Shown in pieces: positions 38,275-47,780 of a stretch of 64,000 bases of DNA. A model generated the notes under the pieces. The model made no database searches, was not told the DNA's origin, and worked only from the letters and a program-made list of their open reading frames with translations. The stretch's first letter is position 1, and every line of letters begins with the position of its first letter. Where the stretch lies: the NCBI GenBank assembly GCA_021813945.1, contig JAKAJD010000001.1:137744-201743 (forward strand), in the 5' to 3' direction. This DNA comes from a bacterium (GTDB lineage: Bacteria; Patescibacteriota; Microgenomatia; Curtissbacterales; GWA2-41-24). The position numbers and the translations under genes are program-made.

Positions 38275-39147
38275 TTAGCCGATCTTAATAAGGACAACTC
38301 CTAAAATCATGATTGCGGTTGAAATCCAAACATGTTTTGGCGGTTTTTCCTTGAAAAAGACGATGCTCAAAATCAAAATAAAAAATATCTGAAGCCGTTT
38401 AACCGCCATCGCAAGTGCAACTGGTCCGCTTACAAATGAATAAAATACCAGAAAAGAAACTGCTAAAAACAGAAGGCTGTTTAACGCCAAAAGCCTAAAA
38501 TTATTCTTTATTTCCACAAACCAAGTATCTTTCTGGCGCTTTATGAGAAATAGAAGTAAAAGGAAAGACATAGTTGTTTGCTCGAAAAGCATCACAATTA
38601 CCGGACTATTCGGCTGCGAATTTGTAATGCCCATCTTGTCGAAAACAGAAGTAATGCTTCCGAGCATGATTGCAAAAATGTAAATCAGCGAAGATTTTGT
38701 GGTGAAAAGGATTTTAAAAGGTGCCAAAAAGCTTTCTTTTGCCATGTCCAAGTTTAAAAAATAAGAACCTACAACTATCGTCGATAATCCCAAAACCGGA
38801 ATAGGCCTTAGCGTTTCGGACAAAAGAACCAGTCCAAAAATGTATGTAAAAAATCCTGCGAAAGCAGTCAGTGGAAAGACTTTAGAGACAAGGTTTTGCT
38901 TTAAAGTTTCATTAATAATCGTTTTTGCGAAAACAAAAGAAAACGCGGATCCAAAAACTCCGATAAAAAACAATTTGTTCAAGCTAGGAATTCCGCTAAA
39001 AAGTACAATCGCCAAAACAATGGGCAAAGTTAGCGCAAAAAGCGACCAGGTTAAAACGGCTGCGCTTACCCTATGGAGCAATTTTTTATTTAAAATAACG
39101 TCAAACGCACCCAAAATTGCCGACCCAAACGCAAACCAAAACCACAT
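38275..39147 (-). CDS. EamA/DMT family transporter
   Basis: About 10 TM helices in two repeats (LLSE.L, FFKEK). Confidence 0.85.
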   Translation of the reverse strand: MWFWFAFGSAILGAFDVILNKKLLHRVSAAVLTWSLFALTLPIVLAIVLFSGIPSLNKLFFIGVFGSAFSFVFAKTIINETLKQNLVSKVFPLTAFAGFFTYIFGLVLLSETLRPIPVLGLSTIVVGSYFLNLDMAKESFLAPFKILFTTKSSLIYIFAIMLGSITSVFDKMGITNSQPNSPVIVMLFEQTTMSFLLLLFLIKRQKDTWFVEIKNNFRLLALNSLLFLAVSFLVFYSFVSGPVALAMAVKRLQIFFILILSIVFFKEKPPKHVWISTAIMILGVVLIKIG

Positions 39148-39251
39148 ACTAAAAATTATAGCAATCGGATAAGCTAAAACCCAGTAAAATTAATAGCATC
39201 GCAATTTAAACCGTAGACTAAAACAAAAACTACAGATATAATAACTGCTCA

Positions 39252-40712
39252 ATGACTAGGCTAAGCCCCAAACGCTTGCCTGCCCGAGTAGTAAAAAACA
39301 ATAAAAAGAAATTTCTAAGATTCTACTCACGTTACACAACAGTTGTTAAAAAGCGTCCGGTAACATCTTTTCTTTTCGCACTGGGTCTGCTTCTTATAAT
39401 AATCATAATCGGTGACTTGGCAGCCAGGCCCAAAAACATTCCAGCAGCCGAAGCACAGCCCAAAGTTGTCAAAGTTTTTTCTATCGGCAAGGCCCCGACC
39501 GTTACGGTTCAAGCTCAAATCCAAAAAGACGGAGTCATCAATATTGTTGCCCAAACACCGGGAATTGTCCAAAACATTGCCGTTAAAGAAGGCGATTCCG
39601 TTTCCCGAGGCACAAATCTTGTTTCCCTTTCTTCAAACTACCAGGGCGGCAACGCCGCGTCCCTTTCCAGGCAGCTTGCCGAGACTCAATACAATAATGT
39701 AAAAGAAACTTTCGACCAGCAAAAAGGCATAATCCAAAAGCAGCGTGATCTGGCAAACGCAAATGCCGACAATACAGATGAGCTTAGAAAAATTTCCGAG
39801 AAAAACCGCGACGACATAAGCTCCCTTATCAGTTTTAACAACGGGATACTGGATACACTAAATGCAAACCTTCAGAAGCTTAAAGACACCAATGTCGGCG
39901 GCGCAAACGATTCCCTAATTTTGGCAACACAACAGCAAATATCCTCGTTTTCCGCGGCAAATGCCCAACTTAACGCCCAGGAAAGAGGGCTCAGCTTTTC
40001 TACTAATACCGACAACCCTCCAACCAAACTGGCAAATATTACAAAAGACATGACTTTAGCCCAGCTCGATATTGCCGAAAAAGCGCTGGATCTTTCCAAA
40101 AAAATCTCCGAAATCCAGTTGCGCCTTGCCCAGGTAAACGAAGCCCAAATGTTTCCGGCATCACCTGCTTTTGGGGTAGTCCAAAAGGTAAATGTTCATG
40201 TTGGCCAGTCGGTAACACCTGGTACTTTGCTTGTTGTAATCTACTCCCAAGCAGGAAATGTAACAGCCAATGCAAAAGTCACACGCCTTATTGCCCAGTC
40301 AGTTTCCCAAATAGAAAACAGCGATCTTACGGTAGGCGACAAGACCTTTTCCCAAACGCCGACATTTGTTTCGACTCAGGCAACGGACGGCCAGCTTTAC
40401 TCGGTGATTTACCAGATTCCCGAAGAGTTTCGCGACGCGGTTTCCAACCTGGGCTTTATCAAGGTTGAAATACCGATCTCAAGCTCCCTCACTAATTCCG
40501 TTATTCCCTATATACCTTTGGATTCTATCTACCAGACGCAGGAATCGGCCTACGTATATATTGTTCAAAACGAAAAAGCAGAGTCTAAAAAAGTAGATCT
40601 CGGGCAAGTTTTGGGTGGCAATGTCGAGATAAAATCAGGCCTTTCGGAAGGCGACCAGATCATCTTAAACAGGAACGTTGTAGCAGGGGATAGCGTAAAA
40701 ATCGAAATATAA
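39252..40712 (+). CDS. RND periplasmic adaptor (membrane fusion protein)
   Basis: TM helix, lipoyl halves (VKEGDSV, VHVGQSV) around a long coiled coil, VEIKSGLSEGDQII. Confidence 0.88.
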   Translation: MTRLSPKRLPARVVKNNKKKFLRFYSRYTTVVKKRPVTSFLFALGLLLIIIIIGDLAARPKNIPAAEAQPKVVKVFSIGKAPTVTVQAQIQKDGVINIVAQTPGIVQNIAVKEGDSVSRGTNLVSLSSNYQGGNAASLSRQLAETQYNNVKETFDQQKGIIQKQRDLANANADNTDELRKISEKNRDDISSLISFNNGILDTLNANLQKLKDTNVGGANDSLILATQQQISSFSAANAQLNAQERGLSFSTNTDNPPTKLANITKDMTLAQLDIAEKALDLSKKISEIQLRLAQVNEAQMFPASPAFGVVQKVNVHVGQSVTPGTLLVVIYSQAGNVTANAKVTRLIAQSVSQIENSDLTVGDKTFSQTPTFVSTQATDGQLYSVIYQIPEEFRDAVSNLGFIKVEIPISSSLTNSVIPYIPLDSIYQTQESAYVYIVQNEKAESKKVDLGQVLGGNVEIKSGLSEGDQIILNRNVVAGDSVKIEI

Positions 40713-40722
40713 AACATGTACT

Positions 40723-43700
40723 ATGCCGGATATAGCCAGAAGCCTCAAGACTCTAAAGTTCGATAGAAAGCTAAAGGATACTTTTACCGCCCGTTACCTT
40801 TCAAATCCAAGGTTAGTAATTCTAATTCTGCTTTTTATTGTAACTATTGGGATCACTTCCTTTTTGGCACTTCCCAGAAACCTTAATCCGTCTGTAAATA
40901 TCCCGATTGTTTTTGTGCAGACAATTTTGCCCGGTGCCAACCCCGGCGACATTGAACAGTTGGTAACCGTTCCGCTGGAAGAACCAATACGTGCGGTTGA
41001 AAATGTTAAAACGGTCACATCTTCCTCGGTCCAGTCCGCCTCGGCAATCACCATAGAATTCCGCTCCGGAACCGATGTTGAAAAAGCCCGCTCCGATGTC
41101 CAGGCTGCAGTCCAGTCTGTGACAACTTTGCCTAAAGATGCGCAAACCCCAAAAGTCATGAAACTGGATTTTGAAAATACACCGGTTTTAATTTTCGACT
41201 TAACCACCCAAAAAGATGAAGGGTCGCTTTTCAGGTTTTCAAAGGATCTCGAAAAGAAGCTTAAAAATCTTTCACAGGTTTCAAGCGTTGCAATAAGCGG
41301 CTTGGAGCAAAGCGAAGTCCAAATAGAAATTAAACCCGAAGCCCTGTCTTCTTACAATATTAGCCCGCTTCAACTTATGCCTATAGTTCAATCGGCACTT
41401 AAAGCATATCCGCTTGGGGCAATCCAAACAGAAAACAGCAGTTTCCAGCTTTCAATTGACCCTCAGGTAACAACTGTCCAGGACATAAGAAACCTTAGGA
41501 TAAACTTTCAGGGAACTAATATTGCGCTTGGTGATATTGCCAAAATAAGCGAACACTCTTCTCCGGGCCAAAGCGAATCTTACCTGCTTTACAAAAACGG
41601 CGAAAGAGAAAGGGCGGTCTCTTTCAGTGTTTTTAAAAGCAAATCCACAAACATCGACACTGCAGTTGCCAAATCGGAAGAGCTAATCGCAAAAGAACTT
41701 TCTAAAAACCCGCAGTTTAAGCGCTCAACCATCCTAAATACTTCGGAAGAAATAAATGACCAATTCGCCGAACTTCAAAAAGATTTCACAATAACAATTA
41801 TTTTGGTCGTTTTGGTGTTATTTATTTTCCTTGGCACAAGGCAGGCTTTGGTTTCGGCGCTTTCAGCACCTTTAAGCTTTCTTATTACCTTTATCGTAAT
41901 GCGCGCAACCGGAATAACCTTAAATTTCCTATCGCTCTTTTCCCTGATTCTGGCTCTCGGGCTTTTGGTCGACGACACCGTAGTTGTGATGAGTGCTATG
42001 ACTTCCTATTACAAAACTGGTCGTTTTACACCGCTTCAAACCGGGCTTTTGGTCTGGCGCGATTTTCTAATTCCGGTTTTGACAACCACAATAACTACCA
42101 TTTGGGCTTTTCTCCCGCTTCTTATGTCGTCCGGCATAATCGGTGAGTTTATTAAATCCATGCCCATTGTTGTTTCAACTGCGCTTGCGGCATCGTTTTT
42201 GGTCAGCATTTTCCTAACACTCCCGCTAATTATTATTTTGCTGGAAGGAAACTACCCAAGGCGCGTCAAAATTCTAGTAATTGCCACAATCGTAGTAGCG
42301 TTAATTGGATTTTTCGCCGTAATTATTCCTAAAAATATTTTTGGGCTTTTTGCAATCCTGGCTTTGGTTTTGTTTTTGTCTGTTACATCTGTTGTCAAAA
42401 ATCAAATCATTGTCAAAGTAAAAACTAACTTCAAAAAATCCAAAATTGTTAAAAAAATAGATTTCTCGACAATAAACCACGGTATTTTGAGCTTTGACAT
42501 AATCCATAAGCGCTACGTCACTATAATCGAGAGCGTATTAATCTCTAAAACAACGCGTTTTAAGGTAATCGGCATGGTTGTTATTTTGCTTATCTTCTCC
42601 GTCTCACTTCTGGTTTTTGGTTTCGTTAAAAATGAATTTTTCCCAAGGACCGATCAGGATACTATCTATATGACATTGGAACTTCCCCCCGGTACAAAAC
42701 TGGATGTCGCGCGCCAAAAAACTGAAGCCGTCTTGGCGGATTTAAAAGATACCCCAGAGCTCAAATTCGCAACTGCCGATATTGGCAGGACTTTTTCGCA
42801 AATGGGTTCATCTGCCGCCGGCCAAAATAATGTACTTTTTACAATTAACTTAACAAAGCACAAGAAAAGACACATTGCCTCTTTTGATATTGCCCAAAAA
42901 GTTAGGCAGAAATTCGCAAATTACAAGGACGGGATAATAAAAGTGCAGGAAGTAAGTGGCGGCCCTTCCGCGGGTGCCGATGTCCAGATAAAACTTTTAG
43001 GCAGTGATCTTTCCGAGTTGGATAATTACGCGAATAAAGTAGAGGAATACCTAAAGACCCAAAACGGAGTGACAAATGTAGACAAAACTATAAAAGCCGG
43101 AACAAGCAAGCTGGTTTTTGTACCGGACACCACTCAGCTTGCCCAAAACCAAATCAGTATTGACCAGATTGCCCTATACCTGAGAACTTATGGAGCCGGT
43201 TTTTCCGTCGATAAAAATAAATTTGCAGGGGAAACAGAAAACAAAGATATTACCCTAAGGTTTAATTCCCAGACGGAAGACGCAAAATCCATTTATTCAA
43301 TAAACATTCCGGCAAACGGTACAAGTGTGCCGTTTTCATCTCTCGGTAAGCTGATTCTGGAACCGAACCCAACCATCATTACCCGCGAAGACGGTAACAG
43401 AACAATCTCTGTTACGGCGTCTGTGCTTCCGGGGTACAATCCGCAGGCGATTAACGCAAAACTCGGCCAGTTTGCCGATTCGAAATTGAATCTCGCCGAA
43501 GGCTACAGCTGGAAAACAGGTGGCGCGAACGAGGAAAACCAGAAATCCGTCCAGTCTATTCTACAGGCAATGGTAATTTCTTTCCTTTTAATCGTCACAA
43601 CTATGGTTTTGCAATTTGCCTCATTCAGGAGAGCTTTGATAGTCATGCTTGTTATTCCGCTTTCGGTATCCGGAGTTTTCATAATTTTTGCCCTCACCCA

Positions 43701-44037
43701 CACAAGCCTTACATTCCCGGCGCTTGTAGGTGTCATGGCACTTTTTGGAATTGTCGTAAAAAATTCTATTTTGGTTGTGGATAAAATTGTCAAAAACCAA
43801 AACCAAAAAATGCCGCTTGTAAAAGCAATCAGTGATGCTTCCGCTTCGCGTCTTGAGCCAATCGCCCTAACGTCGCTTGCCGCGATTTTAGGTCTTATTC
43901 CAATTACCCTTTCCGATCCTCTTTGGCGCGGACTTGGTGGGGCAATAATCTCCGGTCTGACATTTTCCGGCACAATCATGCTCTTTTTCATACCGGTCGT
44001 TTATTACCAAATTTTCAAAGGTGAAACCAAAAGGTAA
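40723..44037 (+). CDS. RND efflux permease (AcrB/D/F family)
   Basis: PGA.P..IEQLVT.PLE, LGLLVDD, GIIGEF, GIVVKNSIL, RLEPIALT, PVVY. Confidence 0.95.
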   Translation: MPDIARSLKTLKFDRKLKDTFTARYLSNPRLVILILLFIVTIGITSFLALPRNLNPSVNIPIVFVQTILPGANPGDIEQLVTVPLEEPIRAVENVKTVTSSSVQSASAITIEFRSGTDVEKARSDVQAAVQSVTTLPKDAQTPKVMKLDFENTPVLIFDLTTQKDEGSLFRFSKDLEKKLKNLSQVSSVAISGLEQSEVQIEIKPEALSSYNISPLQLMPIVQSALKAYPLGAIQTENSSFQLSIDPQVTTVQDIRNLRINFQGTNIALGDIAKISEHSSPGQSESYLLYKNGERERAVSFSVFKSKSTNIDTAVAKSEELIAKELSKNPQFKRSTILNTSEEINDQFAELQKDFTITIILVVLVLFIFLGTRQALVSALSAPLSFLITFIVMRATGITLNFLSLFSLILALGLLVDDTVVVMSAMTSYYKTGRFTPLQTGLLVWRDFLIPVLTTTITTIWAFLPLLMSSGIIGEFIKSMPIVVSTALAASFLVSIFLTLPLIIILLEGNYPRRVKILVIATIVVALIGFFAVIIPKNIFGLFAILALVLFLSVTSVVKNQIIVKVKTNFKKSKIVKKIDFSTINHGILSFDIIHKRYVTIIESVLISKTTRFKVIGMVVILLIFSVSLLVFGFVKNEFFPRTDQDTIYMTLELPPGTKLDVARQKTEAVLADLKDTPELKFATADIGRTFSQMGSSAAGQNNVLFTINLTKHKKRHIASFDIAQKVRQKFANYKDGIIKVQEVSGGPSAGADVQIKLLGSDLSELDNYANKVEEYLKTQNGVTNVDKTIKAGTSKLVFVPDTTQLAQNQISIDQIALYLRTYGAGFSVDKNKFAGETENKDITLRFNSQTEDAKSIYSINIPANGTSVPFSSLGKLILEPNPTIITREDGNRTISVTASVLPGYNPQAINAKLGQFADSKLNLAEGYSWKTGGANEENQKSVQSILQAMVISFLLIVTTMVLQFASFRRALIVMLVIPLSVSGVFIIFALTHTSLTFPALVGVMALFGIVVKNSILVVDKIVKNQNQKMPLVKAISDASASRLEPIALTSLAAILGLIPITLSDPLWRGLGGAIISGLTFSGTIMLFFIPVVYYQIFKGETKR

Positions 44038-44047
44038 AAAAGCTGAT

Positions 44048-44674
44048 TTATCTGTCAAAAGGTAGCTTTAATGCTTGGACAATCGGGCTTTTGGCTGCCC
44101 GCCTCAAAACTCCGTCCAGTCCTAACCTGGAAAGGGTGCGAACAATTGTTTCTCGCATCACAAATTTTCTTTCCGCAGAAGAGCGGGCAAATGTTTCCAA
44201 AAATCTTATATAATGGGGCCTGTTATATTCCGCACCAAGCACGTCTTCGGTACTGATTAAACGAACCTCGGCTTCTTGATAAGTTGCTACTCTCTTAAGA
44301 TGCGTTCTGTTAGCTATACTTGCTATATTGCCCCAACCATTTCTATTTGCCAAATCTAAAAATAGTTCAACCTCGCCTTTTGTGTCCCCAACATCCGAAG
44401 CCCCTGTTTCTTTCGCCAAATCATCAAATGTAACAATGTCTACTGGATCCACGGATCGTTTAATAAGATTATCTTTCATCACAGCAGACAGTGTTGGTTT
44501 ATCCTTGCCCCAAACATGGCCTATTCCCAGAAAAATCTTAGCTACTTCTCCTTCTCTATACATACTGGCAACAGCGGCCATTTGCATATGGCCTCGAAGC
44601 GATAAAACGTGCCTTTCCGGGTTGTAGGGGGACATATAAGAATGTACTAGTAGGGCGTCATATCTTTCAGTCAT
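44048..44674 (-). CDS. DUF218/YdcF(ElyC)-like protein
   Basis: MKDNLIKRSV...DI, DTKGE, IANRTHLKR pattern; TGCTATAAT just upstream of ATG 44674. Confidence 0.6.
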   Translation of the reverse strand: MTERYDALLVHSYMSPYNPERHVLSLRGHMQMAAVASMYREGEVAKIFLGIGHVWGKDKPTLSAVMKDNLIKRSVDPVDIVTFDDLAKETGASDVGDTKGEVELFLDLANRNGWGNIASIANRTHLKRVATYQEAEVRLISTEDVLGAEYNRPHYIRFLETFARSSAERKFVMRETIVRTLSRLGLDGVLRRAAKSPIVQALKLPFDR

Positions 44675-44700
44675 AAGAACGGCCATTATAGCAGAAAATT

Positions 44701-45390
44701 TCACTCTCCAATTTCTTTTTTATAAAATCCTTCACCCTGGCGCCTAAAACCCATCCTTAAAGCTGTGACATCGTATCTCATTTTGAAGCGTTCCACTTCA
44801 TCTTTATTGGTATTATCCAACCCGAGGTTATATTTGCCCGGTAAGATATAAACCGGCCCTGCCTTACTTTTCTGGGCCCAGTCCACTACCAGCCCCACAA
44901 GAGCCCGCTCCCATTTTAATTTCGAAAGAGCATCCGTTGCTTCAGGAAAAGCAGCTTCGTTATCATAATTCCAAGTTCCAGGACCCTGCAGTTGGACAAT
45001 CAGAGGTTTGTCTGGTTCGTAGTCGGTTTCAATCTCTTCATCAGCTAGCATAGACCGGTATTCAGAAGCAATTCTTGCAGTAGCGATGCTGGCAACGGCA
45101 ATCCATAAAGGCCTATTTACCCCAGGTTTTTGATAACCCAAGGCAAATGAAAAATTTCCATCGACATTAAAATGGCCTTGTCCTTGAGATGTAATAGCCT
45201 GCCATCCTTTCGATAAAAAACTTAAAAGTACAAAGCGCCCATCGAGAATTACTCCACGTTTTGCAAAACCCCGAAGAAACTCATCTAAATCACCCCTAGT
45301 CATTTCTTCTGCGTATTGGCGCATGGAGTGTTCCATTTCCAAAGCAGCTTCTATGGATTGGCCATAATTTTCAGAAAGTAAATCTTTCAT
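44701..45390 (-). CDS. orphan protein, distant VirK/YbjX-like
   Basis: LIVQLQG, WERALV...W, RYD.TA..MGF; TGTTACAAT-N8-ATG(45390). Confidence 0.5.
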   Translation of the reverse strand: MKDLLSENYGQSIEAALEMEHSMRQYAEEMTRGDLDEFLRGFAKRGVILDGRFVLLSFLSKGWQAITSQGQGHFNVDGNFSFALGYQKPGVNRPLWIAVASIATARIASEYRSMLADEEIETDYEPDKPLIVQLQGPGTWNYDNEAAFPEATDALSKLKWERALVGLVVDWAQKSKAGPVYILPGKYNLGLDNTNKDEVERFKMRYDVTALRMGFRRQGEGFYKKEIGE

Positions 45391-45437
45391 GGAGGCGTAT
45401 TGTAACAGAATGGAAAGCATTTGATATAATCTTCCCT

Positions 45438-46055
45438 ATGGTCGAAGCAACCGGAACACGCGGATCACAAACAAGTCCAGAGACTGGACCAGAAACCAAA
45501 ACCCAATACCAGCCTTTTATTTTGGTTGTTGCCGGAGCGCCTTTGCACGGTAAAACTACGCTTGCAACGGAAATGGCTGCAAGATCAAATTTAGTTCGGC
45601 TTGATGTAGACGAAGCGAGAGCAAAACTTTTCCCGAATGCAGCTGGTAAGATGCTTTCTGAAGAGCAAGAAAGGGATATTATGCTTGCGTCCTACGAGGC
45701 TGTTCACGAACAGGCTCAAAGTATTGTCGGTCAGGGTAAACCTGTTGTTATCGCGGCAGCGTACACGAGATCTACCTATCATGAAATGCTTAGAGATGTT
45801 GTTAAAAAAGCCGGAGTCCCATTGAAATTTATTCTTTTGGAATGTACAGAAGAAGAGGCATTGGCAAGGCTAACCAGGCGAAATGGCCAAGGAAGCCTTT
45901 CGAATGTGACAAATCCCGATCAGTATAGAGCCATCAGGGCTCGGTATGAAATTATGTCCCAGGCAATTCTTGTAAACTCAACCCATCTCGAAACCTCTGT
46001 ACAAGCAACAAGAAAGCTTGTCGGAGCGCACGAAATAAAACCTATAGTTGATTAA
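45438..46055 (+). CDS. P-loop small-molecule kinase (AAA_33-like)
   Basis: GAPLHGKTT Walker A, LD.D..R..LF, R...R lid; TGATATAAT-N7-ATG. Confidence 0.8.
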   Translation: MVEATGTRGSQTSPETGPETKTQYQPFILVVAGAPLHGKTTLATEMAARSNLVRLDVDEARAKLFPNAAGKMLSEEQERDIMLASYEAVHEQAQSIVGQGKPVVIAAAYTRSTYHEMLRDVVKKAGVPLKFILLECTEEEALARLTRRNGQGSLSNVTNPDQYRAIRARYEIMSQAILVNSTHLETSVQATRKLVGAHEIKPIVD

Positions 46056-46085
46056 ATACCCATATTTTTGATATAATTTCGCGCT

Positions 46086-46799
46086 ATGAGAGAATTCGAA
46101 AGATTTCGCTTGACCGTCAAGGAACCAGCCTTAAGAGATTATTCAAGATCGGCTGCAAGAAGAGCCCAAAACTCTCATCTAGAAGAGCCGTCGGACGACG
46201 ATCTTTTTAGGATACAAAATGCTGCAGACGGCGTCGGAGAGCTAAATTTTACAGCTTCAATTTTTGAAGATTCCCAAAAAGCGCAAGATGTACATCAACA
46301 AAAAAGCTCAAATCCCGAAGATCCGTTCCCATATTTAAGTGCCGAAGAAAGGGTAGTAATGGATTTTTTCGTCTCTCTCCCTCACGGTATGACCCAAAGA
46401 AGAAAAGAGATGTTACTAAAAAGTATCCAAAGAAAACTGGAAGAGGCCCAAATTGAAAGAGAAGAGGATGAAGCCGGTGCTCGCAGGCAAGTACCTTTTG
46501 GGAAATTAGATCAGCAATCAGTTGCCATGCGCTTGGAAAGAAGAAATCACTATCAGGCACTAGAGGATCAGTTCAAAAAAGACAAAGAAGAAAGAGAAAA
46601 ACGAGAGCGAAAGATTGCCCCGCAAATTAAACCAAAGGAGCTAAAGCCTAATAAGAAGAAGGTACGTTCCCAAAATCGCGTCAATCACCCAAGAAAGTCC
46701 CAGCCAGTAAAACCTCATCCCAGAAAAAGATTGACATCAAAAGAACTCGAAGCGATCTTAGCCTTTATTGAATCGTCCAACCAAACTCAAGTAGCCTAA
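46086..46799 (+). CDS. orphan charged helical protein
   Basis: 237 aa, E/R-rich with a basic tail; TGATATAAT-N8-ATG. Confidence 0.6.
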   Translation: MREFERFRLTVKEPALRDYSRSAARRAQNSHLEEPSDDDLFRIQNAADGVGELNFTASIFEDSQKAQDVHQQKSSNPEDPFPYLSAEERVVMDFFVSLPHGMTQRRKEMLLKSIQRKLEEAQIEREEDEAGARRQVPFGKLDQQSVAMRLERRNHYQALEDQFKKDKEEREKRERKIAPQIKPKELKPNKKKVRSQNRVNHPRKSQPVKPHPRKRLTSKELEAILAFIESSNQTQVA

Positions 46800-46819
46800 T
46801 CCAAACATCCACTGATTCT

Positions 46820-47755
46820 TCAGTAGCAGGTGTTATTCGAAACATGAAGGGTTAGGGTTCCTTCTTTGGTAGAGAAGCATTGTTTCCTTTTCCAAACTGA
46901 AACATAAGTGCCGGACTGGCAATTAGGCTTACACACCGTAACCTCATATGCAGTGGAGGGTTGTATTTTATTGTTGTAAGAATTTAATAAAAGAGGGAGT
47001 TTATCATCAGACCCTCCTTCTGAGCGCACAACGATACAGGAATCACTTTCGCAACCAGCAGTTCGGACTTCGAGATATTCAATTGGAAGAGGGGGATCCG
47101 GCTGTCCAGTCGGTAGCGGAGAGTGTGTTAAGGAATATGCTAAATATTCCGTATAATTTAACCCAGCACGCAGTAAAAAAAATAAAACTAAAATTGCTAT
47201 TGTTGCTCCGACTGAAATAAAAGCAATTGATAAACCGGAAAATTTTCTTTGGCCAGCTTCAGTATGAATTGTTTGGCTCGGCTGAATGCTTGGATATTTT
47301 GTTTTGTAAATAAAGAAAAGTTGGGCGATGCTTAACGCCACTGGCGGAAGGCCAAATATTAAAGCAAATTCGCCACCCTCAGACGCAGTAAATCCTAGAT
47401 AAATGGTATACAATCCTGAAAAAAATACTAAAAAAGTCAAACCTTGTATTATTTGCACATTTTGAAAAATAGGGTTTAAAACATTTAGCCATTTAGCCCT
47501 AAAAGAATTTTTAATTATAATTGTTATTGCAACAAAGACGACTATAAAGAAGAAAATAGTCCCGAAAACACGGCTCCAAACCGAAAAAACTCCAAATATA
47601 AGTTGCGGGATAGCATAGGCAAAAAGGCTTGTAGCAAGAAGGCCTAGTGCGAGTGGCAAAGTTTGCATTACTACAACAATCTTAGCACTAATTTTATTTG
47701 GTGCCAAAACTGTTCCTCTTACAGCTTTCATGCTTTTTTTTGATAAAGCCTTCAT
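46820..47755 (-). CDS. hypothetical multi-pass membrane protein with a Cys-rich C-terminal domain
   Basis: About 5 TM helices then a domain with six Cys; start moved to ATG 47755 to avoid overlap with the divergent GT2. Confidence 0.6.
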   Translation of the reverse strand: MKALSKKSMKAVRGTVLAPNKISAKIVVVMQTLPLALGLLATSLFAYAIPQLIFGVFSVWSRVFGTIFFFIVVFVAITIIIKNSFRAKWLNVLNPIFQNVQIIQGLTFLVFFSGLYTIYLGFTASEGGEFALIFGLPPVALSIAQLFFIYKTKYPSIQPSQTIHTEAGQRKFSGLSIAFISVGATIAILVLFFLLRAGLNYTEYLAYSLTHSPLPTGQPDPPLPIEYLEVRTAGCESDSCIVVRSEGGSDDKLPLLLNSYNNKIQPSTAYEVTVCKPNCQSGTYVSVWKRKQCFSTKEGTLTLHVSNNTCY

Positions 47756-47780
47756 ATGCTTGCTGTAGCCTATATTCAAT

